This document shows, in pieces, positions 50,845 to 61,742 of a DNA stretch of 64,000 bases (positions within the stretch are counted from its first letter, which is position 1; each line of letters opens with the position of its first letter). The stretch is from Thermoanaerobaculia bacterium. GTDB taxonomy: Bacteria; Acidobacteriota; Thermoanaerobaculia; Multivoradales; Multivoraceae. The notes beneath the pieces were generated by a model, which was not told the DNA's origin, did no database searches, and worked only from the letters and a program-made list of their open reading frames with translations. The DNA is taken from positions 3,776,001 through 3,840,000 of the forward strand of contig OY761158.1 in NCBI GenBank assembly GCA_963664405.1. The letters run 5' to 3'. Position numbers and translations under genes: made by a program.

Positions 50845-52602
50845 CTAGCGGCCCCCGCCGGAGGTATTTCGCCGCGCCAGAGTGCTGGCGAGACTCTCTC
50901 CAGCAAGGCCTTGGCCTGTTCCCCGCACCTCGGCCAAAGTGTCGAGCGAGAGCTCTCTGCCGAAGAAGACCTCACCGCTGAGAGTCGATCCATCTTCCGA
51001 CTTCGCCACTACAAAGCTCATAGGCAATCGGGCTCCGCCGGCGCCGGTGATGATGCTTCCGTTGAGGATGATCTCGTTTTGGGTGCGGATTATGTCGGAA
51101 ATACTGGTCGAGAACATGAGCTTTCCCACCAGCATGTAGAGCTCGCCGGGCTCACCTTCGAGCTCAGGCACGACCAAACCCCACTTACCGCCGAAGCCCA
51201 TGCCCTCGACACCCACGAGATAGCCTTCGCGCGGTTCGTGCCGCGCCAGCAGTCGCTCGACCTGAGGCGTCGACGGGACCGGTCGGGTCTTCTTGCCCTT
51301 GGCGTCGATGTAGTCGATGAAGCCGACCAGCATCTCGTGGTTGGTGCCGTCGCCCCATCGGACGTCGACCGTGGAGTCGGGGTTGTCGGGGTTGTCGGCC
51401 GAGTTGTCCCAGCTCGCGTCGACCTTGACCAGGGAGCCTGCCGGGGCGTCGACCGGCTCCCGGAAGCGATAGATATTCTGCCAGTTGTAGTCGTATTTCG
51501 GCACATCGAGAAGCACTTCCTCGCTTCCGTCTGGACGCTCGAGGACGTACTTCATCGACTTGCCGCGATTGTGCATATGCGGCATGAGCGACAGGATCTG
51601 ACTGTCCTGACCGAATAGGTAGACGGCATCGGCGCGATAATCGGCATCGCCGGCGGGAATGTGGATACCGGTGTCGACGGCAAAGGCGGTTGTGATCTCT
51701 TTGGTGATCTCGCCCTCTCCGTAATACACCCCGAGCTTCGAGGCGTCGGTGCCCGAGTTGCCGCTGGGGTGGTAGTGCATATTGAAGGAGAAGAGCTCGT
51801 TTGCCGCCACCGGTTGACCGGTCCCGGTACGAAACTCAGAGGGTGGGCTGCCGGCGACCCAGACTCCGCCGATGCGCGGCGTTTCGACCATGCCGATCGG
51901 GCGGCGGGCGGCTTCGTTGAGGTAGATGGTCTTCTGGATCCCGGCGTTGGAGTACTGCGTCTCTTCTTCGCCGATGCCGAAGGGTCCGAGATAGATGACG
52001 ACGTGGTGGAGAACGTCAGTGTTCCCCGGCAGCAGCTCGATCGCCTGGATCCACTTCCCTTCAGGGACATCCGAGCCGAAGATCTGGGTGAAGAAGAGAT
52101 CGGGTCCGTCGGCGGGCACCTCGACCGGCGCCAGCTCGATCATGTAATCAGGCTCCCGACCCATCTTCCAGCTTCCCGCCGCCGGCAGCTCGGGAGTAGC
52201 GGGCAGGCTGGCGCGGTCTCCTTCTACGGCTCCCTGGGCGACCCAGCGTTCGATGAGGGCGATCTCATCGTCGGCGAGAGAGATGTCGTTCTCGAAGTCG
52301 CCGTAACGACGGTCCGCGTCCCAGGGAGGCATGTCGCGCGCCACGACGGTGCGGGCGATCGACTTGGCCCAGGGGCGAGCGGCCTCGTAGCTCAAGAGCG
52401 ACATGGGAGCGACATCGTTGGGTCGATGACAGGAGATGCAGTGGTCGAAGAAGACAGGTGCGATGTGCTCGCTGAAGGTCACCTGCCGGGGGAGATCTCT
52501 GGTGTTGACGGCCGCGGCTAAGGTCGGCGCGGCGGTTGCGACGAAGGAAATCGCGAAGAAAGGCATCAAGGCCGTTTTGTAAAGGCAGGCGGTTACTCTC
52601 AT
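50845..52602 (-). CDS. secreted c-type heme + type II copper monooxygenase-like protein
   Basis: CISCH, MPPW, HHVV, MHYHP, PHMHNRG, YDYNWQ, EM. Confidence 0.75.
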   Translation of the reverse strand: MRVTACLYKTALMPFFAISFVATAAPTLAAAVNTRDLPRQVTFSEHIAPVFFDHCISCHRPNDVAPMSLLSYEAARPWAKSIARTVVARDMPPWDADRRYGDFENDISLADDEIALIERWVAQGAVEGDRASLPATPELPAAGSWKMGREPDYMIELAPVEVPADGPDLFFTQIFGSDVPEGKWIQAIELLPGNTDVLHHVVIYLGPFGIGEEETQYSNAGIQKTIYLNEAARRPIGMVETPRIGGVWVAGSPPSEFRTGTGQPVAANELFSFNMHYHPSGNSGTDASKLGVYYGEGEITKEITTAFAVDTGIHIPAGDADYRADAVYLFGQDSQILSLMPHMHNRGKSMKYVLERPDGSEEVLLDVPKYDYNWQNIYRFREPVDAPAGSLVKVDASWDNSADNPDNPDSTVDVRWGDGTNHEMLVGFIDYIDAKGKKTRPVPSTPQVERLLARHEPREGYLVGVEGMGFGGKWGLVVPELEGEPGELYMLVGKLMFSTSISDIIRTQNEIILNGSIITGAGGARLPMSFVVAKSEDGSTLSGEVFFGRELSLDTLAEVRGTGQGLAGESLASTLARRNTSGGGR

Positions 52603-52604
52603 TG

Positions 52605-54401
52605 TCAGCTTCTCGGTCGGATCCAGATCGGCGAAGACCAGGCCCGCTCCTGGAGGGTGGTGGCAAGATCCGGGCGCGGATCAACGCCGGCCTTGATTGC
52701 GTCCCAGGTCGACCAGCGGCAGGTCGGGTTTTCGAGCACTCTAACGTAGTAGACCGCCCGCTGGCTGGCGTCGAAGTCTGGATCGCTCCAGACCGCGCTG
52801 AGCTCGCTATCGCCGACACCGCTGGTGATACTGCAATCGGTGATGTCTACTGCCGCGCCGTTATCCGGGCAGCGATGGGTCGTGGGGTCGGGATTGCCTC
52901 CGTCGGAGCAGGCGACGTCGTAGACCATCTCGGAGTTACCGCCATCCTCCTGCCAGCCCTTGATGATCTGGAGACGCTGCAGAGAGGCTCCGGTCGGGTC
53001 TTTGACTGCCCATGCGACGAAGCGTGGCTCTCCGCGCCGTTGCGCCTCGAGATCGCTGCCCATGGCGACTCCGTTCTCGTAGGCCGGCCCGACCCAGTCG
53101 GATCCGAGGTCGAGATCGGCAGGCACCTCATAGCCGGCGAAGAATCGCACCTGCATCCGCGGGCCGCTGGTGGCGAAGGTCTCTTGACGGCGGAAAGCAT
53201 CGAAGATCGATTCTCGAGTGTTCTCCTCGGCCCACACGCCGGTCAGTCCCGACGCCCCCCAGTAGCGGTAGTAGGTCTCCTTATAGGCGGGCTGTTCGCC
53301 TCTGGCGTCCCACGAGAAGGGCACCGATCCCCGATTCTGTGCGATTCCGTCGAGTAGGCCCACCTTCGAGGTGAAGTTTGATTCATCAAAGGATCCGCCG
53401 CCGTTGTGGGTATCCGAGGCGCCGATGATGCCGAAACGGTAGGGATTGACGCCGAGCTGCTGCTCGAGGCGGAGTCCGTTGATGAGGGCTTCCCTCACAT
53501 AGCTGCCGCTGGGGTTGCTGCGCGCATAGCTGGCGATTTGGTAGGGGAAGATCTCGAAGTCCGCCCACTCGTCGTTGGGTGAAAGAAAGGGGTGGGTGGC
53601 GGAGGTTCCTTTGACCTGGGTGATCTCGACCAGGGTCTCGTTGCGGATTCTCTGCTCGGCCCACGCTCGTGTCAGCGGATCGCCGTCGAAGGTCTCGAGA
53701 TCGAACATCTGACCGTTCGAACCGTTGGCGTTGTGGGGTATGGCGAGTAGCTCCATGCCCTGGGCGCGTTGCGCGTCCATCCAGTCCCAGAGGTCTTCGG
53801 GGTTCAGCGAGTCGGCGCGGCTGAAGGGACGATCGGGTGCCTGGCTGCCGTTGAAGATGACGTTGCGGTGCAGGTTTCCTCCGCGGCCGGAGGTGAATTC
53901 GTAAGCGATGAAGGTGGTGAGCATTCCGGGCTTGTTGTGGCGCTCGGCGGCCGCGATCGTTTCGGCCCAAGCCGACTTCACTACTTCGAGGTCGAGGTTG
54001 GCGTTTACTAGCCCGCCACCGGTGCGGAAGGCGCGGATCTTCTCGGGAATGGTCCTGGCTTCGGTTACGAGCTCACGCCCCTCGAGCTTCGACAGAGGAT
54101 GATTCGGGTTCGACATCGCCCGCAGCATGCCGAGGGTGGAGGCGTGGTCTGTGACGGCGTAGAAATCGAGCGGGCGATCGAGCTGCAGCTTGTAGCCGGC
54201 GGGGTGGTCGATCGCCTCGCCGCGAGCGAAGCGGTAGGCATCGTCCGGTGTCGTCAGGGTGCCGAAGATGAAAGCATCGAAGGAAAAGCTGGTGTGAATG
54301 TGGAGATCGCCGAAGAGAGCCCTGCGCTCGCTCTGAGCGCCGAGCGCAGACGAAACGATCAGGGTGGCTGCGACGAGAAGGAAAACTCGAAGGGATCTCA
54401 T
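52605..54401 (-). CDS. DUF3604 (PHP-like metallohydrolase) secreted protein
   Basis: FGDLHIHTSFSFDA, LDFYAVTDH, NLHRNVIF, IPHN.N.SNG, GASDTH, YYVRVLENPTCRWS, QERAWSSPIW. Confidence 0.9.
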   Translation of the reverse strand: MRSLRVFLLVAATLIVSSALGAQSERRALFGDLHIHTSFSFDAFIFGTLTTPDDAYRFARGEAIDHPAGYKLQLDRPLDFYAVTDHASTLGMLRAMSNPNHPLSKLEGRELVTEARTIPEKIRAFRTGGGLVNANLDLEVVKSAWAETIAAAERHNKPGMLTTFIAYEFTSGRGGNLHRNVIFNGSQAPDRPFSRADSLNPEDLWDWMDAQRAQGMELLAIPHNANGSNGQMFDLETFDGDPLTRAWAEQRIRNETLVEITQVKGTSATHPFLSPNDEWADFEIFPYQIASYARSNPSGSYVREALINGLRLEQQLGVNPYRFGIIGASDTHNGGGSFDESNFTSKVGLLDGIAQNRGSVPFSWDARGEQPAYKETYYRYWGASGLTGVWAEENTRESIFDAFRRQETFATSGPRMQVRFFAGYEVPADLDLGSDWVGPAYENGVAMGSDLEAQRRGEPRFVAWAVKDPTGASLQRLQIIKGWQEDGGNSEMVYDVACSDGGNPDPTTHRCPDNGAAVDITDCSITSGVGDSELSAVWSDPDFDASQRAVYYVRVLENPTCRWSTWDAIKAGVDPRPDLATTLQERAWSSPIWIRPRS

Positions 54402-54497
54402 GGGCGTCTCCGTTCTGGTCTGAGTACCGGAGATCGCACTTTATCCCAGAGTCCTCAGGGAACCTTGGCTCGGCTGATGGCGAGGCGAGACGCTGGT

Positions 54498-55136
54498 CTA
54501 GTGAGGGGCGCTACCCCAAATCCCCTTCAGCACGCGATCCCTGCCGCAGCCGGTGCGGTAGAGCTTGTAGCGCACAGGGTTCTTCTTGTAATAGTCCTGG
54601 TGATACTCCTCGGCGGCATAGAAGGGTGTCGCCGGGACCAACTGGGTGACTACCGGCTTGTCGAGAACACCGCTCTCTTCGATCTTGCTCAAAGAGGCTT
54701 GGGCGAGCGCCTTCTGCTCTTCGTCGTGAAAGAAGATCGCCGATCGGTATTGCGGCCCACGGTCACAGAATTGGCGATTGGCGGTGGTGGGATCGATGTT
54801 CCTCCAGAAGACTTCCAGAAGCTCGCCATAGCTGACCTTGGTCGGGTCGTAGCGGATCTCCACGGCCTCTGCGTGCCCTGTTCGCCCCGATGAGACCTGC
54901 TCGTAGGTCGGGTTCTTCTCCGGCCCGCCGACATAGCCCGAGGTGGTTGAGAACACTCCGTCGATAGCGTCGAAGGGAGGCTCCATGCACCAGAAGCAGC
55001 CACCGGCAAAGGTGGCCGTGGCGGCGCCTTCGGCATTCGCAGCCGATTTCGGGTCGTTACTGTTTCGCGGAGCCGCTGCGATCAAGACCGCGCCGAGGAG
55101 AACGATGGCTAAGACGACAATGATGCTTGTTCTCAT
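54498..55136 (-). CDS. msrA: peptide-methionine (S)-S-oxide reductase, exported
   Basis: FAGGCFWC, GHAEAV, QYRSAIF, FYAAEEYHQDYY; signal peptide. Confidence 0.97.
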   Translation of the reverse strand: MRTSIIVVLAIVLLGAVLIAAAPRNSNDPKSAANAEGAATATFAGGCFWCMEPPFDAIDGVFSTTSGYVGGPEKNPTYEQVSSGRTGHAEAVEIRYDPTKVSYGELLEVFWRNIDPTTANRQFCDRGPQYRSAIFFHDEEQKALAQASLSKIEESGVLDKPVVTQLVPATPFYAAEEYHQDYYKKNPVRYKLYRTGCGRDRVLKGIWGSAPH

Positions 55137-55230
55137 GGTGTTCCTCTCTTTCTCGATGACTATAGTGCTTGTCAGTGCTTGTTGGTTCTTTTCGCTCCCA
55201 AGTCGGGTTCCCGAGAGCCTCTAGATCTTG

Positions 55231-55256
55231 GATGCAGCCGGGTCCCCATAGGTTTC
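55231..55256 (-). promoter_or_regulatory. putative ECF promoter GAAACC-N15-GCATC for msrA
   Basis: same motif and spacing recurs upstream of msrB. Confidence 0.65.
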
Positions 55257-55281
55257 GTGGGGCCCGTAGTAATGTGAGCTG

Positions 55282-55866
55282 ATGTCGGAAGGGGATCTCG
55301 TCGCTCGCGTACGAAGCGGCGACGCCGAGGCTGCATCCGAGCTCGTTTTGAGGCATGGCGGCCGGATGCTGGCGGTGGCGCGGCGTATCCTGCACAATGA
55401 GGAGGATGCCCGAGACGCGGTCCAGGATGCCTTCCTCAGCGCTTTCAGGGCACTCGGAAGCTTTCGCGCCGGTTCTCGACTGTCGACTTGGCTCCATCGG
55501 ATCACGGTCAACGCCTCGCTGATGCGGATCCGCCGTGCCGCCTCCCGCCCGGAAGAGCCGATTGAGGATTTTCTTCCCAGCTTTCTCGACGATGGGCACC
55601 GAGCCTCTCCCGGCGACGCCTGGGGGGAGCGCGCCGACCGCCTTCTCGAGCGCAAGGAAGCCTGCGAAGGCGTGCGTCGCGCGATCGACCGATTGCCTGA
55701 GAGCTATCGTTTGGTTCTCCTCGCCCGAGACATCGAAGGGCTCTCCGGTTCCGAAGTGGCAGAGGCCCTTGGGATTAGTACGAATGCTGTCAAGATCCGT
55801 CTTCATCGGGCTCGGCAGGCTCTGCGAGAGCTTCTCGATGCCCGAGTACGAGAGGTAGAGCCATGA
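55282..55866 (+). CDS. ECF sigma-70 factor
   Basis: DARDAVQDAFL, STWLHRITVN, region 4 EVAEALGISTNAVKIRLHRAR. Confidence 0.95.
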   Translation: MSEGDLVARVRSGDAEAASELVLRHGGRMLAVARRILHNEEDARDAVQDAFLSAFRALGSFRAGSRLSTWLHRITVNASLMRIRRAASRPEEPIEDFLPSFLDDGHRASPGDAWGERADRLLERKEACEGVRRAIDRLPESYRLVLLARDIEGLSGSEVAEALGISTNAVKIRLHRARQALRELLDARVREVEP

Positions 55867-56120
55867 GCGCGCGGTTGACTTGCAGAGAGCTGATCGATTT
55901 CATTGTCGACTTCTTCGACGGCCGACTGCCTCCAGCCCAAAATGCCCACTTCGAGAGCCATCTCGAAGTCTGCCCGGACTGCGTCAACTATCTGGACAGC
56001 TACACTCAGACGGTGCGTATTGCCAAGGAAGCCTTTGGCCAGGAAGAGGATGCGGTCACGGCGGGTGTGCCGGAAGAGCTGGTGACGGCTGTTCTTCGGG
56101 CGAGGGTGCCTGGCTCTTGA
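55863..56120 (+). CDS. zf-HC2 anti-sigma factor (soluble)
   Basis: TCRE...HLEVCPDC (HxxxCxxC), coupled to the sigma gene. Confidence 0.92.
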   Translation: MSARLTCRELIDFIVDFFDGRLPPAQNAHFESHLEVCPDCVNYLDSYTQTVRIAKEAFGQEEDAVTAGVPEELVTAVLRARVPGS

Positions 56121-56144
56121 AACCCCCGGCCGCCCCGGCGCATC
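56119..56144 (+). promoter_or_regulatory. putative ECF promoter GAAACC-N15-GCATC for msrB
   Basis: same motif and spacing as upstream of msrA. Confidence 0.65.
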
Positions 56145-56192
56145 AGAGTAGGTGAAGGCACTCCAATGACTCTCGACACAAGGAACATCACT

Positions 56193-56747
56193 ATGAAGAA
56201 AGTACTTGTACTAGCGGGCCTCTTGGCGGGCGCTACTTGGTTTTGGACTTCTCCTCAGACCCAGGCTGCCGATCGAAGGGGGGGCTCCGGCGGGGGTGAG
56301 TTCACCAGACCGAGTGACGACGTCTTGCGCGAGAAACTGACCCCCATCCAGTATCAAGTTACGCAGAAAGACGGCACCGAGCGCCCCTTTGCTAATGAAT
56401 ACTGGGACAACAAAGAAGCCGGCATCTATGTCGACGTCGTCAGCGGCGAGCCTCTGTTCAGCTCGACCGAGAAGTACAAATCCGGCACCGGCTGGCCTTC
56501 GTTCTGGGCTCCGCTCGACAAGAGTAATATCGTCGAGAAAAAGGACCGAACCCTCTTCATGGTGCGAACCGAAGTGCGCTCGAAGCACGGCGACTCACAT
56601 TTGGGCCACCTCTTTGACGACGGCCCCAAGCCAACGGGACTGCGGTATTGCATGAACTCGGCAAGCCTCCGCTTCGTCCCTGTTGAGAAGCTCGAGTCGG
56701 AGGGCTACACAGAGTGGCTTCACCTCTTTGGCGACGAGGGAGACTAG
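56193..56747 (+). CDS. msrB: peptide-methionine (R)-S-oxide reductase, exported
   Basis: [39 protein letters not shown]; N-terminal signal. Confidence 0.97.
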   Translation: MKKVLVLAGLLAGATWFWTSPQTQAADRRGGSGGGEFTRPSDDVLREKLTPIQYQVTQKDGTERPFANEYWDNKEAGIYVDVVSGEPLFSSTEKYKSGTGWPSFWAPLDKSNIVEKKDRTLFMVRTEVRSKHGDSHLGHLFDDGPKPTGLRYCMNSASLRFVPVEKLESEGYTEWLHLFGDEGD

Positions 56748-56823
56748 GGACCTCGCGTCCCCAGCCTTACGCCGTCTCGAGCCGTATGTCGATGTGACAT
56801 GAAGTAGAATCGTCTGGACGCTG

Positions 56824-57771
56824 ATGCGCTGTGCGACGACCCTCTTTCTTGTCCTGGTAATCCCCGCTTGGCTGGGAGCGCAGGAGGACTGCGCCGACGG
56901 TCTGGTCTACGACGACGGCACTTTCGAGAACGGATATGGTGCCAGTTTGGAGCAGGGGGATACGGCCTCCGAGTACGTGATGCGCATCGACCCGCCGCCC
57001 AACGCGCGCGGCCTGGAGAAGATCTGCGTCTGTTGGACCAAGAATGGCGCGGATTCGAGCGTGGTTTTCGATCTGAACTTCTACGCGGTCGCCCAGGATG
57101 GCACCCCGGGAGCCCTTTTGGCATCGCACTCTACTGCTGCCTTCGGAGTGCCGAGCTTCAGCGGCCACCGTTTCTACGCCTACGACTTGAGAGCCCTGCT
57201 TCTGCCCGCCGATGAGCCCTTGTTCATCGGGCCCTCCTGGGATCCGGGGCTGGACGAGCGTTTGTTCATCTGTGCTGACGAGGACGGCCCCTCGAGCCAG
57301 ACCGGCTACCACACCAAGGACATAGCGACCGGGGGGCCAGACCGGAAGTTGGGCGAGGTTGATGCCTGGGTGGACTATAGGAATCTGGGTGTTCGCGCGC
57401 TCTACGACGTGACCTGCTTCGCCGGAGCCGAGACCCTCTGTCTCAACGACAATCGATTCAAGGTGGAGCTCGAGTGGAGTCGACCCAACGGTAGTGAGGG
57501 CCGAGGCCAGGCGGTGAGCGTGGAGGGGCGGGAGGACTCCGGCCTGTTCTGGTTCTTCGACGAGGGGAATCTGGAGATGCTGGTCAAGGTGCTTGATGCC
57601 TGCGGCAGCAGCTTCGACAGCTACTGGGTGTTTTACGCCGCCACCACCAACGTCTACTTCAAACTGACGATCACCGACACCGTAACCGACGTGGTCAAGA
57701 TCTACGAGAATCCGTTGGGCATGGCCGCGACGCCGGTACAGGACACCCAGGCTTTCAAGACCTGTTCGTAG
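56824..57771 (+). CDS. secreted hypothetical protein
   Basis: signal peptide, YDDGTFE, C-terminal LCLNDNRFKVELEW..GLFWFF..NLEMLVKVLDAC..YWVF.AATTNV domain. Confidence 0.8.
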   Translation: MRCATTLFLVLVIPAWLGAQEDCADGLVYDDGTFENGYGASLEQGDTASEYVMRIDPPPNARGLEKICVCWTKNGADSSVVFDLNFYAVAQDGTPGALLASHSTAAFGVPSFSGHRFYAYDLRALLLPADEPLFIGPSWDPGLDERLFICADEDGPSSQTGYHTKDIATGGPDRKLGEVDAWVDYRNLGVRALYDVTCFAGAETLCLNDNRFKVELEWSRPNGSEGRGQAVSVEGREDSGLFWFFDEGNLEMLVKVLDACGSSFDSYWVFYAATTNVYFKLTITDTVTDVVKIYENPLGMAATPVQDTQAFKTCS

Positions 57772-57791
57772 CGCCGGAGGTTCCGGAGCCG

Positions 57792-59801
57792 TCACTTCCC
57801 GAGACGAGTGCGAACCTTTTCAGCGACGCTTTCCCCGGTGAAGCCGAAGTGCTCTGCGAGATCCGCTGTCGGCGCGGAAGCACCGAAGCCCTCCTGCGCG
57901 ATGATCTGGCCGTTGTCACCGACCCATCGCTCCCAGCCCATGGGCGATGCCGCTTCGATGGCGACGCGCGGGCACTCTCCTGGTAGTAGCACCTGTTCGC
58001 GATACTCGGACCTCTGCTTCCCGAAGAGCTCCCAAGACGGGAGGCTCACCACTCGGGCCTGGACCCCATCTGCTTCGAGGAGCGCCTGGGCTTGGATGGC
58101 GATGTGGACCTCCGATCCTGTGGCGATCAAGGTCACCTCCGGGTCGGCGGCGGCTTCGGCCACGACATAGCCGCCTTGCGGCACACCCCGCTCCGCGGCG
58201 CCGTCTCCTGTGCCAGCCAGCACTGGGATCTTCTGACGGGTGAGCACCAGCGCGGTGGGGCCCGAGATGTTGTCGAGCGCGGCCTGCCACGCGGCGACCG
58301 TTTCGTTTGCGTCGGCGGGTCGAAGCACGGTCAGCCCCGGAATCGATCGCAGCGACACGAGCTGACTGATCGGCTGGTGAGTCGGGCCGTCTTCGCCGAG
58401 CAGTACCGAGTCATGGGTGAAAACGTAGATGACCGGTAGCCCCATCAGCGCAGCTAAACGGATCGATGGGCGCATGTAGTCCGAGAAGATCAGGAAGGTG
58501 CCCCCATAGGGGCGCAGCAAGCCGGAGAGGGCCATGCCGTTGAGAATGGCTCCCATCCCATGCTCTCGGATACCGAAGCGCAGATTTCTACCGCTGCGTG
58601 CCTGAGCCGAGAAGTCCGGAGATCCCTTGATCAGAGTGTTGTTGGATCCAGTGAGATCGGCGGAGCCACCGACAAGCTCGGGAATCGCGCCGGCGACGGC
58701 ATTGAGGACAGCACCGGATGCCGCACGGGTAGCGACCGGCGGGTCGTTGCTTCCGGGCTGCCGGATCTGCGAACGCCAGCCCTGCGGCAGCTGCGCGCCG
58801 CGCCGTCGCTCCAGTTCGGCGGCCAACTCGGGATGAGCGCCTTGGTAGGACGTCCACATCTCTTCCCACTGACTACGGAGGCTCTTGCCTCTGCTTGCCG
58901 CCTCCGCGAATGGGATGCGGGCCTCGTCAGGGACCAGGAACTCCGGCTGCAGCGGCCAGCCCAGGTTCTCCTTCGTCGCTTTCACCTCATCGCCGCCCAG
59001 CGCCTCACCGTGGGCTCCGGAAGTGTCCTGCTTGTTGGGGCTGCCGAAACCGATGTGGGTACGGACCAGGATCAGGGATGGGCGCGCGACTTCAGCGATC
59101 GCGGCTTCGGTGGCAGAGCCGAGGGCTTCGAGATCGTTGCCGTCGTCCACCACCAGGGTGTGCCAGCCATAGGCTCTGTAGCGAGCTACGACATCCTCGG
59201 AGAAGGTGAGCGATGTTTTGCCGTCGATGGTGATCTCGTTGGCGTCGTAGAAGACATTCAGCTTTCCCAGCGCCTGATGCCCGGCGAACGAGCTGGCCTC
59301 CGATGCCACCCCCTCCATGATGTCTCCATCGCTGGCGACGACCCAGGTGCGATAGTCGAAGAGAGGGAAACCCTCGCGATTGAAGCGATCGCCAAGCATC
59401 TGCTCGGCGAGGGCGATACCGACGGCGTTGCCGAGACCCTGCCCGAGCGGGCCGGTAGTGGTTTCGACGCCGGCCGTATGCCCGCGCTCCGGGTGCCCCG
59501 GGGTCTTCGAGCCCAGCTGTCGGAAGGCGCGTAGCTCGTCCAGGCTCAGACCATACCCGGCGAGGTGTAGCAGTGCATATAGAAGAGCCGAGGCGTGACC
59601 GCAAGAGAGCACGAAACGATCGCGGTTGAGCCACTCGGGTGCGGTGGGGTCGAAGCGGAGATGCTGCGTCCAGAGTTGGTAGGCGAGCGGTGCCTGGGCC
59701 ATCGGGGCACCAGGGTGGCCGCAGCCAGCGGCCTCCACCATGTCGACTGCCAGGAAGCGGATGGTGTCGATCGCGGCGCGCGCCGCCTTTACCTGTTGCA
59801 A
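57792..59801 (-). CDS. tkt: transketolase
   Basis: [58 protein letters not shown]. Confidence 0.98.
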   Translation of the reverse strand: MQQVKAARAAIDTIRFLAVDMVEAAGCGHPGAPMAQAPLAYQLWTQHLRFDPTAPEWLNRDRFVLSCGHASALLYALLHLAGYGLSLDELRAFRQLGSKTPGHPERGHTAGVETTTGPLGQGLGNAVGIALAEQMLGDRFNREGFPLFDYRTWVVASDGDIMEGVASEASSFAGHQALGKLNVFYDANEITIDGKTSLTFSEDVVARYRAYGWHTLVVDDGNDLEALGSATEAAIAEVARPSLILVRTHIGFGSPNKQDTSGAHGEALGGDEVKATKENLGWPLQPEFLVPDEARIPFAEAASRGKSLRSQWEEMWTSYQGAHPELAAELERRRGAQLPQGWRSQIRQPGSNDPPVATRAASGAVLNAVAGAIPELVGGSADLTGSNNTLIKGSPDFSAQARSGRNLRFGIREHGMGAILNGMALSGLLRPYGGTFLIFSDYMRPSIRLAALMGLPVIYVFTHDSVLLGEDGPTHQPISQLVSLRSIPGLTVLRPADANETVAAWQAALDNISGPTALVLTRQKIPVLAGTGDGAAERGVPQGGYVVAEAAADPEVTLIATGSEVHIAIQAQALLEADGVQARVVSLPSWELFGKQRSEYREQVLLPGECPRVAIEAASPMGWERWVGDNGQIIAQEGFGASAPTADLAEHFGFTGESVAEKVRTRLGK

Positions 59802-59943
59802 GAGCCGTGACCTCCCCGATAAAAACGCTGAGCTCGCGAGACGCGCCGAGTTTAACCTGTGGAAGCTGAATTGCCAGGGGGTCTGGAGATGAAAACAGTC
59901 CCGGCTCTCCGCGGCCCGTGTAGAATGCCCCGTCGACGCCTCC

Positions 59944-60035
<92 letters not shown>

Positions 60036-60053
60036 GAACACTCGAGAATCCAA

Positions 60054-61505
60054 GTGAGCACGGATCCACAGCAGTCGGTACGGGTGCGTTTTGCTCCATC
60101 GCCGACCGGATACCTCCACGTAGGCGGCGCTCGCACCGCGATCTACAACTTTCTTCTGTGCCGGAACACCGGCGGCGAGCTGATTCTTCGCATTGAAGAT
60201 ACCGACCGAGCACGCTCGGATCCGGCGATGACCCGCCAGATCCAGGATGCGATGACCTGGCTTGGCATCACTTGGGACGAGGGGCCGCATCTGCAGAGCG
60301 ACAATGTCGAGCGGCACGTCGCCAGAGCCCATGAGCTGCAGGAGAAGGGGCAGGCCTACCCGTGCTTCTGCTCGTCGGCGAAGCTGGACGGAATGCGCGA
60401 AGAGGCGCGCAAGAGGGGCGACGGTTTTCTCTACCCTCGCACCTGTCTGGAGCTCCCCGAAGACGAGGTGGAGCGGCGACTGGCAAGTGGCGAGCCGCAC
60501 ATCGTCCGCTTCTTGATGCCGCGCGAGAACACGCGCTTCAACGATCTCATTCGTGGTGAGATGGACGTGCCGCCCGACGCGCTCGACGACTTCATCCTGG
60601 TGCGCTCGGATCGCTCTCCCACCTATCACTTGAGCGTTGTCTGCGACGACATCGACATGGGTGTCACCCATGTGGTGCGAGGCGAGGATCACCTCTCGAA
60701 TACCCCGAAGCATCTCCGCCTCTTCGAGGCGATGGGAGCGCCGGTGCCCCTCTTCGCGCATCTGCCTTTGATCCTCGGGCCTGATCGCAAGCGCCTTTCC
60801 AAACGTGTGGGGGCGACTTCTGTGGAGGAGTTTCGCGCCCAGGGTATTTTGCCTCAGGCCCTCTTCAACTATCTTGCTTTGCTGAGCTGGACGCCCCCTG
60901 GAGAAGAGGAAGTTCTTTCCGTCGACGAGGCGATCTCGCTCTTTTCGCTCGACCGCCTCAGTCCGTCGGCGGCGATCTTCGACGCCGACAAGCTGGCCTG
61001 GTTCAACGGCAAGTATCTTTCGACCCTTCCCCTCGACCGGGTGCTCCACCCTCTGCGGCCTTTTCTCGACGACCTCGGGCTCCGGTCGGTGGACGAGAGT
61101 CAGCTGGAGAAAGCGGTCGACCTGCACCGCACGCGACCCAAAACCCTGGTCGACCTCGCCCAGTCGGTACGTCCCTATTTCGTAGACGAGCTCGAGTACG
61201 ACGAGGAGCTGTGCAGCGGATTCCACGAGCAGCCCGAGCTTCGTGGTTATCTCGGCGCGCTCAAGGGGCGCTTCGCGCAAGTCGCGGAATGGGAGAGTGA
61301 AGCCTTGGAGGGGGCGCTCCGCGACCTGGCGACGGAAAAAGAAGTCAAAGCCGGAGTCCTCATCCATCCGACTCGAATGGCGTTGACCGCCGCCAAGGCC
61401 GGGCCGAGCCTCTTCGAAGTCGTCGAGGCGATGGGGAAGGAAGCGACTTTTCGCCACCTCAACAATTTCATGGCCTATCTTCACGCAGGATCGGCTGGAT
61501 CCTAG
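60054..61505 (+). CDS. gltX: glutamate--tRNA ligase
   Basis: RFAPSPTGYLHVGG, LRIEDTD, RGEDHLSNT, RLSKR. Confidence 0.98.
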   Translation: MSTDPQQSVRVRFAPSPTGYLHVGGARTAIYNFLLCRNTGGELILRIEDTDRARSDPAMTRQIQDAMTWLGITWDEGPHLQSDNVERHVARAHELQEKGQAYPCFCSSAKLDGMREEARKRGDGFLYPRTCLELPEDEVERRLASGEPHIVRFLMPRENTRFNDLIRGEMDVPPDALDDFILVRSDRSPTYHLSVVCDDIDMGVTHVVRGEDHLSNTPKHLRLFEAMGAPVPLFAHLPLILGPDRKRLSKRVGATSVEEFRAQGILPQALFNYLALLSWTPPGEEEVLSVDEAISLFSLDRLSPSAAIFDADKLAWFNGKYLSTLPLDRVLHPLRPFLDDLGLRSVDESQLEKAVDLHRTRPKTLVDLAQSVRPYFVDELEYDEELCSGFHEQPELRGYLGALKGRFAQVAEWESEALEGALRDLATEKEVKAGVLIHPTRMALTAAKAGPSLFEVVEAMGKEATFRHLNNFMAYLHAGSAGS

Positions 61506-61742
61506 ACCAGCGTTTCCAAAGTTCGTGTACATAGGTCGAGGTCATTCTGTTCGCTGGCCAGGCGCGCCGACGCAGGCATATTGGGCAATATGTCGAGGAG
61601 GCGAAACGCCGTCAGCGGGCAGAAGGGGCCGAGATATGTGCGCGAACTTTGGAAAACGCTGGTCTAGGAGCTTGCGGGCCAAGACTCAGGATTCGTCGTC
61701 TTGACCCCTGCGGGGTCGAGCCGATAACGTGCGAAGCCGCGT

